Source: an uncultured Nitrososphaerota archaeon
GTDB taxonomy: Archaea; Thermoproteota; Nitrososphaeria; Nitrososphaerales; Nitrosopumilaceae
Reading direction: 5' to 3'
Assembly: GCA_963824385.1 (NCBI GenBank)
Contig: CAWGPD010000002.1
Coordinates: 128,001 to 192,000, forward strand
DNA: 64,000 bases
Shown here piece by piece: positions 54,985-64,000 of the stretch. Position numbers and translations under genes: made by a program. Within the stretch, counting starts at the first letter, position 1; each line of letters starts with the position of its first letter. A model generated the notes under the pieces. The model ran no database searches, was not told the origin of the DNA, and was given only the letters and a program-made list of their open reading frames with translations.

Positions 54985-55386
54985 GAATTCCTAAAGTTAC
55001 TTGCAAGATTGAAGTCTATGCAGCAGTTAATCCTTCAGAAGATCCAGCCAAGGTGAGACTTGCAGTATCAAAAGTTGTCCAGAGTAACGATTTTCAGTAT
55101 AAAGAAGGAAGCATAAAGGCTACTTCAAATGAACTTGAATCCCTCTTGAAAATTCAAGAGACAATTAAGAAACATCGAGCTTAATCGAGTTTACCGAAGG
55201 CAAATGCGATATAATACAAAGGGCGATACCACATGGTTCTATCTCAATAAACAGGCAGCCTTTGTAGATGTCATAGCAATATGTGATGAAGCAGAAGAAT
55301 CTGCCATGGGTCCAATCAAGGTAATCATCCATTCTAAGGATCTTGACAAAATATCTGATTGGCTAGCCCCTGAGATTGTAGAGTAA
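54972..55386 (+). CDS. UPF0201 / DUF54 RNA-binding-like protein (frameshift near 55182)
   Basis: VNPSED..KV..A and LNKQAAFV...ES.MGPI.V.I...WL motifs. Confidence 0.85.
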
Positions 55387-55462
55387 CTGGATAAATTTAT
55401 CACATTTACTCAAATAGTATACATTTCTACTTTTTTATGAAAATCCCAAGACAAACAATCGT

Positions 55463-56323
55463 TTGATAGGCAAATTAATCATAATTGGTATTATAGCGGT
55501 CGCATTAATTATTTTAATACCTATCTCATCAAAGATCTTCCAAACAGAGCCTGCACTTAAGACAGTCAAGGAGAAAATTGATAACATTACTAGTAATCCA
55601 TATGTCATCAATGCTTCTAAAACAGTAGCAATTAAGGCATTAAATGAAGGTACAAAACTTGTCAATGCTAATTATACTGGAACATCTGCAGGTACAAACT
55701 CTAGTTCTCTGAATAACAATACTCCTACTACTGTTTACCAGCTTTCTTCACAATATGTAGACCAACAAAACTATACCGGTCAAGTTTTTGATAAGACTGG
55801 CAATACATGTGAAATTTCTGTTCCTGCAATGGCTCAGATAATAAATGGTCAAACAGAACTTACTCACATAATTCGACTTGATCAATGTTTGTCAAATGTT
55901 GGTGATCCTGTACAAGTTACAACACTTACAGCAAAACCTGATGCTCCAACAGTTAATCCTTCAAGCGGGATACAAATAACTCCATATTCCAAAGTTGCTG
56001 GTACATCTTTACCGACTTTACCAAATTACTATAATGTGGTTCAACTAACTACAATAAACCAAGGAAACAATACCATGTTAAATTTTGATGATTCATCTGG
56101 ACAGACAAAATCGGTAATTGTTACAATGAGAAATAATGATACTGTTTTATTTACTGGCACTTTTTATTCTTCAAAATTTACAACTGAAGTTAAAGATGTT
56201 CCAGACACTCCTCACTTGATTGAAATGACTATAGATAATACCATTTATGGAATCTTACATGCATCTGTATACTCTCCTTCAAATGCACAAAACTCTACTA
56301 TGACTGGCATATTGTCACAATAA
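55463..56323 (+). CDS. Membrane-anchored/secreted hypothetical protein
   Basis: N-terminal hydrophobic helix; T/N/S-rich extracellular body. Confidence 0.65.
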   Translation: MIGKLIIIGIIAVALIILIPISSKIFQTEPALKTVKEKIDNITSNPYVINASKTVAIKALNEGTKLVNANYTGTSAGTNSSSLNNNTPTTVYQLSSQYVDQQNYTGQVFDKTGNTCEISVPAMAQIINGQTELTHIIRLDQCLSNVGDPVQVTTLTAKPDAPTVNPSSGIQITPYSKVAGTSLPTLPNYYNVVQLTTINQGNNTMLNFDDSSGQTKSVIVTMRNNDTVLFTGTFYSSKFTTEVKDVPDTPHLIEMTIDNTIYGILHASVYSPSNAQNSTMTGILSQ

Positions 56324-56401
56324 GTCACAACTAAATTCAATTAGACCGCCTCACGATCATCCTTTTCTAATAGTGTCACATACAAATCCTGATCATATTC
56401 C

Positions 56402-56926
56402 ATGGATTTCTTTACTGGTAAAGAAATAGAGGTTCCTGAAGATGTAAAACGACTCTTACAGTTCAATGAAAAAGTCTTAATTTCAGCAGAGACAGCAAGA
56501 TCTGCAGCTCTGATAAATCCTGAAACTATCTTTGTTACTTCTCAAAGAGTCATAGTACGAAGACCTACAACATTGGGTTTAAGAAAAAATATTGAAGATT
56601 ACAGATTCACAGATATAGCAAATGTCCATCTGAAAAAAGGAATTATCAGATCTGGCATAGTTCTAAAAATGAGATTTCTCTCAGATAATGTAGAAGTAGA
56701 TAATTTTCCAAAAGATGTTGGAGATCGAATATTTAGACTAGTTCAAGACGGAGTTGCAGGAAGATTAACGCTTGCACAACCTCAGGATAATGTTGTCAAG
56801 ACACCAAATGCTATGCAACAAGAGATAATTGAAAAAATCAAAGAACTTGCAAAACTAAAAGATCAGGGAATTCTAACTGATATTGAATTTCAAAGTAAAA
56901 AATCAGAACTATTAACAAGACTCTAA
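56402..56926 (+). CDS. Bacterial PH-domain protein with C-terminal SHOCT domain
   Basis: L..NEKVL...IFVTSQRVI PH-like N-domain; IKELAKLKDQGILTDIEFQSKKSELL SHOCT motif. Confidence 0.8.
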   Translation: MDFFTGKEIEVPEDVKRLLQFNEKVLISAETARSAALINPETIFVTSQRVIVRRPTTLGLRKNIEDYRFTDIANVHLKKGIIRSGIVLKMRFLSDNVEVDNFPKDVGDRIFRLVQDGVAGRLTLAQPQDNVVKTPNAMQQEIIEKIKELAKLKDQGILTDIEFQSKKSELLTRL

Positions 56927-56927
56927 A

Positions 56928-57485
56928 ATGATTTCAAAAAAACTATTACTAATTATAATTGCATCAATTGCTCTAGGTTCTATAATTGGTATGTCGATTA
57001 ATGCATCTGCTCAAACACCAACCATTCCAAGTTGGGTAAAAAATACTGCCAAATGGTGGGGTGAAGGTCAGATAAGTGATTCGGACTATATTCAATCTCT
57101 TCAATGGCTGATAGATAATGGGATTCTAAACATTTCAAAATCAAATTCAATGCAATCTGTTCCTCCACAATCATCACAAGATCAACAAAATGCACCTCAA
57201 GTGCAATCAAATACTGCAGAGGGATTTAGTGGAACTCAATGTGCTAGGGATCCGATTGCGCCCAGTGTAGTACACATGACAGGAAAATATACGAATGGGG
57301 CACAACCATATTCATTTGTCAGCTTAAAACTAGGTTTACTTGATTCAAGCGGAAATGTTGTTGCTACAGGAGCTGGTATAATATCTAACATTGGTACATA
57401 TTCCACCAAGATATTTGATGCATCTGCAATTTATGCAGGTCAGTTTTCTTCATGTGATATACAAGTTGAAACTCAATTACCATGA
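56928..57485 (+). CDS. Secreted protein with thaumarchaeal IPxWVKxxAxWW motif and FxLYD-like domain
   Basis: Signal peptide; IPSWVKNTAKWWGEGQISDSDYIQSLQWLIDNGIL; LGLLDSSGNVVATG. Confidence 0.75.
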   Translation: MISKKLLLIIIASIALGSIIGMSINASAQTPTIPSWVKNTAKWWGEGQISDSDYIQSLQWLIDNGILNISKSNSMQSVPPQSSQDQQNAPQVQSNTAEGFSGTQCARDPIAPSVVHMTGKYTNGAQPYSFVSLKLGLLDSSGNVVATGAGIISNIGTYSTKIFDASAIYAGQFSSCDIQVETQLP

Positions 57486-57625
57486 TAGAAAATATGGGAA
57501 AGGAGTTTTGTATCAAGTCTTACAGGACTCAAACATTCAGAGATTAGTAATTTAATTTTAAAAAATGAATCAAAATGAGTATTATTATCTCTGAAAAACT
57601 AGATCTGATTTATTAGCCAGAGATA

Positions 57626-60365
57626 ATGAAAAAAAACCCTGAATCTCTCTAGAATATTACTAGTTGTCACTATCACTTCATTATCAATTCTAGTTGGAAT
57701 TACATTCTTAGTGCCTATTTTTGCACAATACCAACCAGGGGGTGGAATTGGCAGCCTAGAAGAAGAGTTGCAACTTGCTAGGGAGAAATCAGAAATACAA
57801 ATTCAAACAACAAGTGGCGGAACTTTACAAGTTGGATTTTTCACAGATCCAATTAATGCAAATACTGGTAATCCAACTCAACTCAAAGTTAGTTTCATCA
57901 ACAAGCAGACAAGTCAGATACAACCCCATATTGATTACAAAATTTCCATATTACAGGGAGGAAATGTAGTGTTTGGAATACCTATAACTCATACTGCAGA
58001 AGGTGCAGTCAGCATTCCCTTTACATTTCAAACAGCTGGTACCTATCAAATCATAGTTGATGTTGAAGGAATACTCTTTCAGCCAATCCCTCCAGAGACT
58101 GCAACATTTACTATCAATGTAGTTGGATCATCTACTCAACCAATGGATTCCACATTTGTAACTGTGACATCGTCCACATCTATCATATCTTCAGGAGGAC
58201 AAGTAACAGTTACTGCAACAGTTACTGATCCTACCAACTTTCAAAATATTCCAACAGGGGCAGTAACATGGAGTGATGAAAACGTTGGCGGCACATTTAG
58301 TCAATCATCATGCATCTTGTCTGAAAATACATGTCTTGTAACATACACTGCACCTTACAATGTCCAAAATTCTATCACTATAACAGCAAATTATGTTGGA
58401 GATTCTACTCATAATTCAAGCTATTCAACATATTTGCTTTCAAGTGGGCCACAGAGTCAAACAGGTGCAATAACTGTAACAACTGACAAGTCTTCATATG
58501 AGCAGGGAGATTCGATAGTTGTTTCTGGAACAGTAAGTCAAGTGGATTCAATAAATCCACAAACACCAGTGATAATTCAGACATATGATGGAAATCATGA
58601 ATTTATCAGAGAAGATCGAGTTATTCCAGCATATGATGGACAATATTCTGTTACACTGAATCCAAATGCATTATGGCAAAATACTGGGGTCTATACATTA
58701 AAAGTAAAATATGACATCCCTAGTACTTTTTCACAAACAACATTTTACTTTAATTCGGGAATTAGTCCTAGTCCAGCACCTATTTCCACACAAAGTATTT
58801 CAAATGAAATCGATATGGTGCCAGGCGCAGGCTCTTCAGCAACTGCAGCCTGTGTTGCTACAAACACTTGCTTTTCACCAAATCCGATGAATATTCCACC
58901 GGGAACAACAGTAATCTGGAGAAATACTGATACTGTAAGCCACTATGTGACTAGCGGTCACTCATATGATAATAGAACAGGAACAATATTTGACAGCGGA
59001 AATCTAATCAAGCCACAGGGTACATACCAATTTACTTTTGCAAATCCTGGAACTATACAACTACTTTTGTACTGTCCATCCATGGATGATGGTCAAGTGA
59101 ATGTAGGTGTAGCATCTGGTATTACACCCATTGCATCTAATCCTCAAACAGCTCCTACAATAACTGTAACAACAGATGGGCTCTCATACAATTTTGGAGA
59201 TACAATTACGATATCTGGAAGTACAATGAATTACATTGATCAACCAGTAACTCTCATCATCAAAAGTCCAGCAGGAAATATCGTAAGTTTGGCCCAAGTA
59301 CCTCTAGGATCTGATAGGACATATTCTACATCAATAGATGCAAACACGCCCCTCTGGCAAGCTTCTGGTACATACACAGTTGTGGTACAGTTTGGCAGCA
59401 ATGCTAACATGGCCCAAACAACCTTTCAATTTACAGGACAACCATCATATCAACAATACCAATATCCTCAATTTCAACCAAATTCGCCTAATGAAATTGA
59501 TATGGTGCCAGGTGCAGGTTCTTCTGCCTCTGCAGCTTGTGTTGCAGCACATAATTGCTTTTCTCCAAATTCATTATACATTGCACCTGGAACCACAGTA
59601 ACTTGGAGAAATACTGATGCTGTAAGTCATTATGTAACTAGTGGTAGATCCACTGATGCTACAACTGGAACTGTATTTGATAGTGGCAATTTAATCAAGC
59701 CACAAGGTACATACCAATTTACTTTTGCAAATCCTGGAACTTACAACTACTTTTGTACTGTCCATCCATGGATGACTGGTCAAGTTATAGTAGGTCAAAG
59801 CGATATGCCAATGCCAACCCAATCTGGTTCTGTATTTATCCCGACTCAACAAGATATTCAAAGCATCAGTGAAGCAGAACAAAGTCAGACAATAGCAGCT
59901 GAAGTAAATGTTGGTGCAGGGCAATCTACAACTAGATCTATTGACAATAATGTCTCGGTTCAAACTATGCAAAATTCAGCTGATTCATTAAATGTAAATG
60001 TAAGTGCACCAAGCCAGACAGGACCAAAAGTGATTGCATTTAATCTCAATACTAGAACAATCAATGTAGCAAATCTAAATAATCTTGGTGTAATGTATGA
60101 TGGAAAGTTAATTCCTCCCGCAGCAAACGTAGATGATGTACTACATGCAAAATCAACAGACAATCCAAGTTTTGCAATTATAGTTACACAAAGTGGAGTA
60201 CAGATACTTGTCCTAGTTCCACACTTTTCAACTCATACAATTACTATAATGAACATGTCTCAGATTATGACTTCTACAGTTCCTGAATTTCCATTTGCTG
60301 CCATTGTATTGATTATAGCAACACTTTCTATTGTTGTGGTATCAAGAATGAGACATTCTCTATGA
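57626..60365 (+). CDS. Large surface protein with Ig-like modules, two blue-copper cupredoxin domains and PEF-CTERM sorting signal
   Basis: The ATG at 57626 (A8 run frameshift) restores a signal peptide. H...YFCTVHPWM type-1 copper ligands; C-terminal VPEFP+TM+basic tail. Confidence 0.85.
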
Positions 60366-60658
60366 ATAAAGCTGGGAAAATAGCTGGATATTTGCTGGGA
60401 ACTATATTAATTTTAGTTGGATTTTTTTCATTTACGCAGGCAATTCTAACATCACAAAATCCTCTTGCCGTAGGTACAGTTAATGTGGAATTATTTTTAA
60501 CGTTATTTCTATTTGCAATAGGTGGTGCTGTGATATATTACACTGGTAAAAATTCTGAGAAGCGATCAAAATACATCTGTGGACACTGCAATGCTATTTT
60601 TGAAAGCGAAATTAATCTAAAAATACACTACGATTCTAAACATTTTTCAAAAAACTAA
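60362..60658 (+). CDS. Two-TM membrane protein with C-terminal C2H2 zinc finger
   Basis: YICGHCNAIFESEINLKIHYDSKH after two TM helices. Confidence 0.75.
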   Translation: MNKAGKIAGYLLGTILILVGFFSFTQAILTSQNPLAVGTVNVELFLTLFLFAIGGAVIYYTGKNSEKRSKYICGHCNAIFESEINLKIHYDSKHFSKN

Positions 60659-60746
60659 CGTGATAATATTTTAACTATTAGAGAACTTTGTTAGTGTACA
60701 ATGTGTCGTAATTCTTTATAATCTTCTCATCGTAATAACATCGAAA

Positions 60747-61289
60747 ATGAATTCAAACATAAACAAACTCCAACTTTTGTCACTAACGGCAATTCTTGGA
60801 GTTGTAATGGTGGCATCACTTGCATCATCAAGTGCGTTTGCCGAGGTAAGCAATGTACCAAACAATTACAATAAAATTGCATATACTGCATACCATCCAA
60901 ACCCACAGTTTGTAAGTACTGCATACCATCCAAACCCACAGTTTGTAAGTACTGCATACCATCCAAACCCACAGTTTGTAAGTACTGCATACCATCCAAA
61001 CCCACAGTTTGTAAGTACTGCATACCATCCAAACCCACAGTTTGTAAGTACTGCATACCATCCAAACCCACAGTTTGTAAGTACTGCATACCATCCAAAC
61101 CCACAGTTTGTTGATATGAAAATGCGTGCAGATCAAAGATTTGTAGACATGTCATTTTTTGCAGACCATAGATTTGTCGACATGAATTACCATCCAATCC
61201 AACAATTTGTAGATGCGGCATATCACCAAATCCAACCGTTTGTAAGTACTGCATTTCATCCAGACCAAAGGTTTGTGAACAGAGCATAA
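60747..61289 (+). CDS. Secreted 11-aa tandem-repeat protein
   Basis: Signal peptide ending SAFA; seven TAYHPNPQFV(S/D) units plus five diverged in-register units. Confidence 0.8.
   Translation: MNSNINKLQLLSLTAILGVVMVASLASSSAFAEVSNVPNNYNKIAYTAYHPNPQFVSTAYHPNPQFVSTAYHPNPQFVSTAYHPNPQFVSTAYHPNPQFVSTAYHPNPQFVSTAYHPNPQFVDMKMRADQRFVDMSFFADHRFVDMNYHPIQQFVDAAYHQIQPFVSTAFHPDQRFVNRA
60885..61115 (+). repeat. 33-bp tandem repeat, 7 copies
   Basis: ACTGCATACCATCCAAACCCACAGTTTGTAAGT at 60885, 60918, 60951, 60984, 61017 and 61050 (identical) and at 61083 (ends GTTGAT). Confidence 0.97.
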
Positions 61290-61294
61290 GCACC

Positions 61295-61690
61295 CCAAAT
61301 AATGCGGAATTGTCCCAAAGCCTTTTCCACATTTTCTTATTTCAAATTTCAAGTATTATCCCGAGTATTTACTTAGCCTGAACATCTAAATTCTAAGCAC
61401 TAATCCCAATAGGGTTCATCTTTTAATTTACGAACAAAGTGGGCCCAAAATAAGCCCACGTTGGTACGAATCCCCCCGGACTAGAATCTAGAATTAAATT
61501 TTTAGTAAGTAATTTCATAACTTAATTTTATAAAATATGAAAAGGTGTAACGGCGTGACCCTGTATAGGCAAAAGCTTTCTCTTGCCATTCGTACATTTT
61601 TTTGTACTTAACTATATACCATTTTTCGCAGGGTCACGCAAACTCATTTGCCAGAATTTGCATCTTTCTGCATTATTTACTATACGTCTT
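61295..61690 (-). ncRNA. Candidate structured non-coding RNA (unknown family)
   Basis: Perfect 11-bp stem 61553-61563/61629-61639 enclosing two hairpins, plus several further stems; three stems need G-U pairs available only on the minus strand. Confidence 0.4.
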
Positions 61691-61825
61691 CATCTTATTT
61701 AATAATTAGTATGATTTATTACATAAATATACTCTAATTTTTATAATTTATTATTACCTACTAATGAGTAATCAATATTTCCCATCAACTTTATGAAATT
61801 AATCTAAAATCTACCTAAATCGTTC

Positions 61826-62546
61826 CTAATTTGATATTGTACTAACTAAAACTGGAAGGGTACTTGCAGCAGATGATCTTAGAGATATGTCCATGCTTGA
61901 TGACAATGGTGTCTGCTCAATATTTACTTCAATCATTGTAGCACCATTTTGTTTGGCATATACAGGCAGAAGATTAGCTGGTGATACAGCAAGCGAAGTT
62001 CCAACAACAACCATTACATCACAAGAACTCAGCTTGTTCTATTGCAGACTTCCAGACATCCTGTGGAAGTGATTCTCCAAACCAAACAACATCAGGTCTT
62101 AGCATATTTCCACACTTGCAAAGTGGAGGAAGTTGGGAAAAACTTGATACTATCTTATCCCTAAAATCGCAAACAGTGCATTTTATTGTAATGATACTGC
62201 CATGCAGTTCATAAACTCTAGTACTTCCTGCCCTCTGGTGTAATCCATCAATATTTTGAGTCAATACAGAAACTTGTTTGTATTTTTCAAGTTCTGCTAT
62301 TGCAGTATGCCCAGGATTTGGATTTGCACCAAGTATATTCTTTCTTCGTTCTTCATACCACTCCCAAACAAGCTTTGGATCTTCATAAAATGCATCTATT
62401 GTTGCAAGCTTCATTGGATCATACTTTCTCCAAAGGCCATCTTTTCCACGAAATGTGGGAATTCCACTCTCTTGAGAAATTCCAGCTCCTGTAACAAATA
62501 CAATTTTTTCTGCTTTCTTTAATTGGTTTGATATTTTCTCAAACAT
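61826..62546 (-). CDS. cobB: NAD-dependent protein deacylase (Sir2/CobB), frameshift near 62030
   Basis: TGAGISQESGIPTFRG, TQNIDGLHQRAG, ELHGS, RPDVVWFGE and VGTSL.VSPA motifs. Confidence 0.93.
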
Positions 62547-62547
62547 T

Positions 62548-63447
62548 TCACTTGATGTTAACTTCTAAAAGATCCTTTGCTGCAATTACTGAATCATGAA
62601 TTGTCTTTGCTTCATTGACAAGCTCTTTGACATCTTCATATCTTGCTGAAAAATGTGTCAGGATTAAATTGGAAACTCTGGCTCTTTTTGCAAGTTCTGC
62701 TGCTTCCTTTGCTGTAGAATGATAATTTTCTTTTGCTTTATCCCTTAGTGTATCTGAATAAGTAGAATCAAATGTCATATAATCACAATCTTTGAAAAAT
62801 TCCTCAAGCTTCTGGGTAGGTCTTGTATCTCCTGATATGCCAATCTTCTTGCCTTTTCGTTTCTCTCCCATGACATCTGAGGGCTTGATTGTCTTGTCTC
62901 CTATCTTGATTTCAGTATCATTTTGAAGTTCATGCCAGAGTTTTCCCTCTGGAATGCCCAATTCCTTGGCCTTTTGTGGGTAAAACTTGCCAGGCTTGTC
63001 TTTTTCAGTAAAGAGATAGGAGTATGCAGGAATCGAGTGCTCTGCTTCACAGACATGAACGCTATACGTAGGGTCTTCAAAGACTAATCCCTCCTTTATC
63101 CTAATTATTCTAACAGGAAAAGTTAGACCAAAATTTAGTATCTTAAGATTTGCTGCAATAAACTCCTCAATTCCTGTTGGACCATAGATATCAACAGATT
63201 CTGTTCTGTTTTGTAATGACATTGTCTGCAAGAGACCTAAAATTCCAACACAATGGTCTCCGTGTAAATGGGTTACAAAAATTCTGATTTTTTTATTCCA
63301 TCCAAGCTTTGATTTTTGAAATGCAATTTGAGCGCCCTCTCCTGCATCAAACATCAAAATCTCTCTGTCTAATACAAGACAAATGCAGGTCATGCCGCGC
63401 TCAGCAGTTGGCTGTGCGGCTGATGTTCCCAAAAATACTAGTTTCAT
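62548..63447 (-). CDS. rnz: Ribonuclease Z
   Basis: FLGTSAA.PT.ER, THLHGDH, exosite arm, SGDTRP, HST and LTHFSARY motifs. Confidence 0.95.
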   Translation of the reverse strand: MKLVFLGTSAAQPTAERGMTCICLVLDREILMFDAGEGAQIAFQKSKLGWNKKIRIFVTHLHGDHCVGILGLLQTMSLQNRTESVDIYGPTGIEEFIAANLKILNFGLTFPVRIIRIKEGLVFEDPTYSVHVCEAEHSIPAYSYLFTEKDKPGKFYPQKAKELGIPEGKLWHELQNDTEIKIGDKTIKPSDVMGEKRKGKKIGISGDTRPTQKLEEFFKDCDYMTFDSTYSDTLRDKAKENYHSTAKEAAELAKRARVSNLILTHFSARYEDVKELVNEAKTIHDSVIAAKDLLEVNIK

Positions 63448-64000
63448 CTTACAGCAATAACCCTCGTCAGGCTCTTATGCCTATAGATCTCGTATTTCTT
63501 TGCTTTGTTTAATTCATCCACATCTAGACCTTTTTTGTACACTATTACAAGCTTTTTTCTCTTTGGAATTGTGGAAACAAAATCTTTGATTAGTTTCTTT
63601 GGAGAAATAGATGCCCTTGATGAAATTCCATAAGGCAGATCTGTTACTATTGCATCTATTGTACTCTTGATATTTTGTATTTCATTATAGCCAGAATTTA
63701 TCACCTTTGACTTGAATTGATTTGCGGCAAGATTTTTTTTGGTTATATCACACATTAATGGATCAAAATCAATTCCAATGGATTTGATTCCCATTGATTC
63801 TGCTTGCAGCAAAATTGTTCCAGTACCACAAAAGGGATCGCAAAGTGTTTTTCCTTCTTTTAGCTGTGAAAGGTTTACAATACATCTGCTAAGCTTCAAG
63901 TCTAATTCATGAGGATGCTTGATTGCCTTTATTGGAAACTTTGGCTCAATTTTTACGTCTGCACAGCCAATATACTGCTCTGAATCTGTAATGATGAGAT
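63444..64000 (-). CDS. Trm11/TrmG10-like tRNA methyltransferase (partial, 5' end outside window)
   Basis: [15 protein letters not shown] and IVTDLPYG motifs; the frame stays open to the window edge. Confidence 0.8.
   Translation of the reverse strand, partial: LIITDSEQYIGCADVKIEPKFPIKAIKHPHELDLKLSRCIVNLSQLKEGKTLCDPFCGTGTILLQAESMGIKSIGIDFDPLMCDITKKNLAANQFKSKVINSGYNEIQNIKSTIDAIVTDLPYGISSRASISPKKLIKDFVSTIPKRKKLVIVYKKGLDVDELNKAKKYEIYRHKSLTRVIAVR

Noticed and set aside
60885..61115. 33-bp repeats as a CRISPR array
   Set aside because: The units are head-to-tail with no unique spacers, are a multiple of 3, lie in frame in a signal-peptide ORF, and no cas genes are present.
60727..61332. Minus-strand repeat ORFs (GLDGMQYLQTV, STYKLWVWMVC)
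   Set aside because: Shadow frames of the stop-free repeat; only the plus frame has a signal peptide and conserved diverged units.
61439..61482. tRNA-like fragment (hairpin plus GGTACGAATCCCCC) as a tRNA or att site
   Set aside because: The T-stem does not pair, there is no acceptor or anticodon arm, and it matches none of the three tRNAs in the window.
61295..61690. RNase P or SRP RNA
   Set aside because: I could not find the RNase P GAGGAAxxUCC/ACAGAA..GGCUUA core or the SRP helix-8 motif.

Overview
A 64 kb low-GC, gene-dense archaeal chromosome segment. The gene set points to an ammonia-oxidising archaeon (Nitrososphaerota/Thaumarchaeota, Nitrosopumilales; Nitrosotalea-like is my inference). 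It carries the probable replication origin: cdc6/orc1 next to an AT-rich tract and three ORB boxes, lying between the PolD small (DP1) and large (DP2) subunit genes. Housekeeping genes include PCNA, rpoL, TFS, GINS, tyrS, lysC, glyA, glnA, a thermosome subunit, hsp20-cdc48, GGGP synthase, CCA enzyme, RNase Z and a sirtuin. There are scattered cobalamin genes (bluB, cobJ, cbiE) and three tRNAs: Val-GAC, Pro-GGG, and Arg-CCT with a D-loop intron. About 20 genes, some essential, are broken by single-base indels, which most likely reflects unpolished long-read sequence rather than pseudogenes. The most unusual region is a cell-surface island at about 55.5-61.8 kb. It ends in a secreted protein built from twelve in-register 11-aa units (TAYHPNPQFVS-type), faced by about 400 nt of non-coding DNA packed with stems whose G-U wobble pairs favour a minus-strand RNA. 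Also notable: TGTTAACA and TATCACA motif clusters next to oriC-proximal DNA-binding genes (one membrane-anchored), a triple cupredoxin with Cys->Asp and His->Tyr/Phe ligand swaps, a stand-alone MtrA domain, and several microproteins missed by the ORF track.
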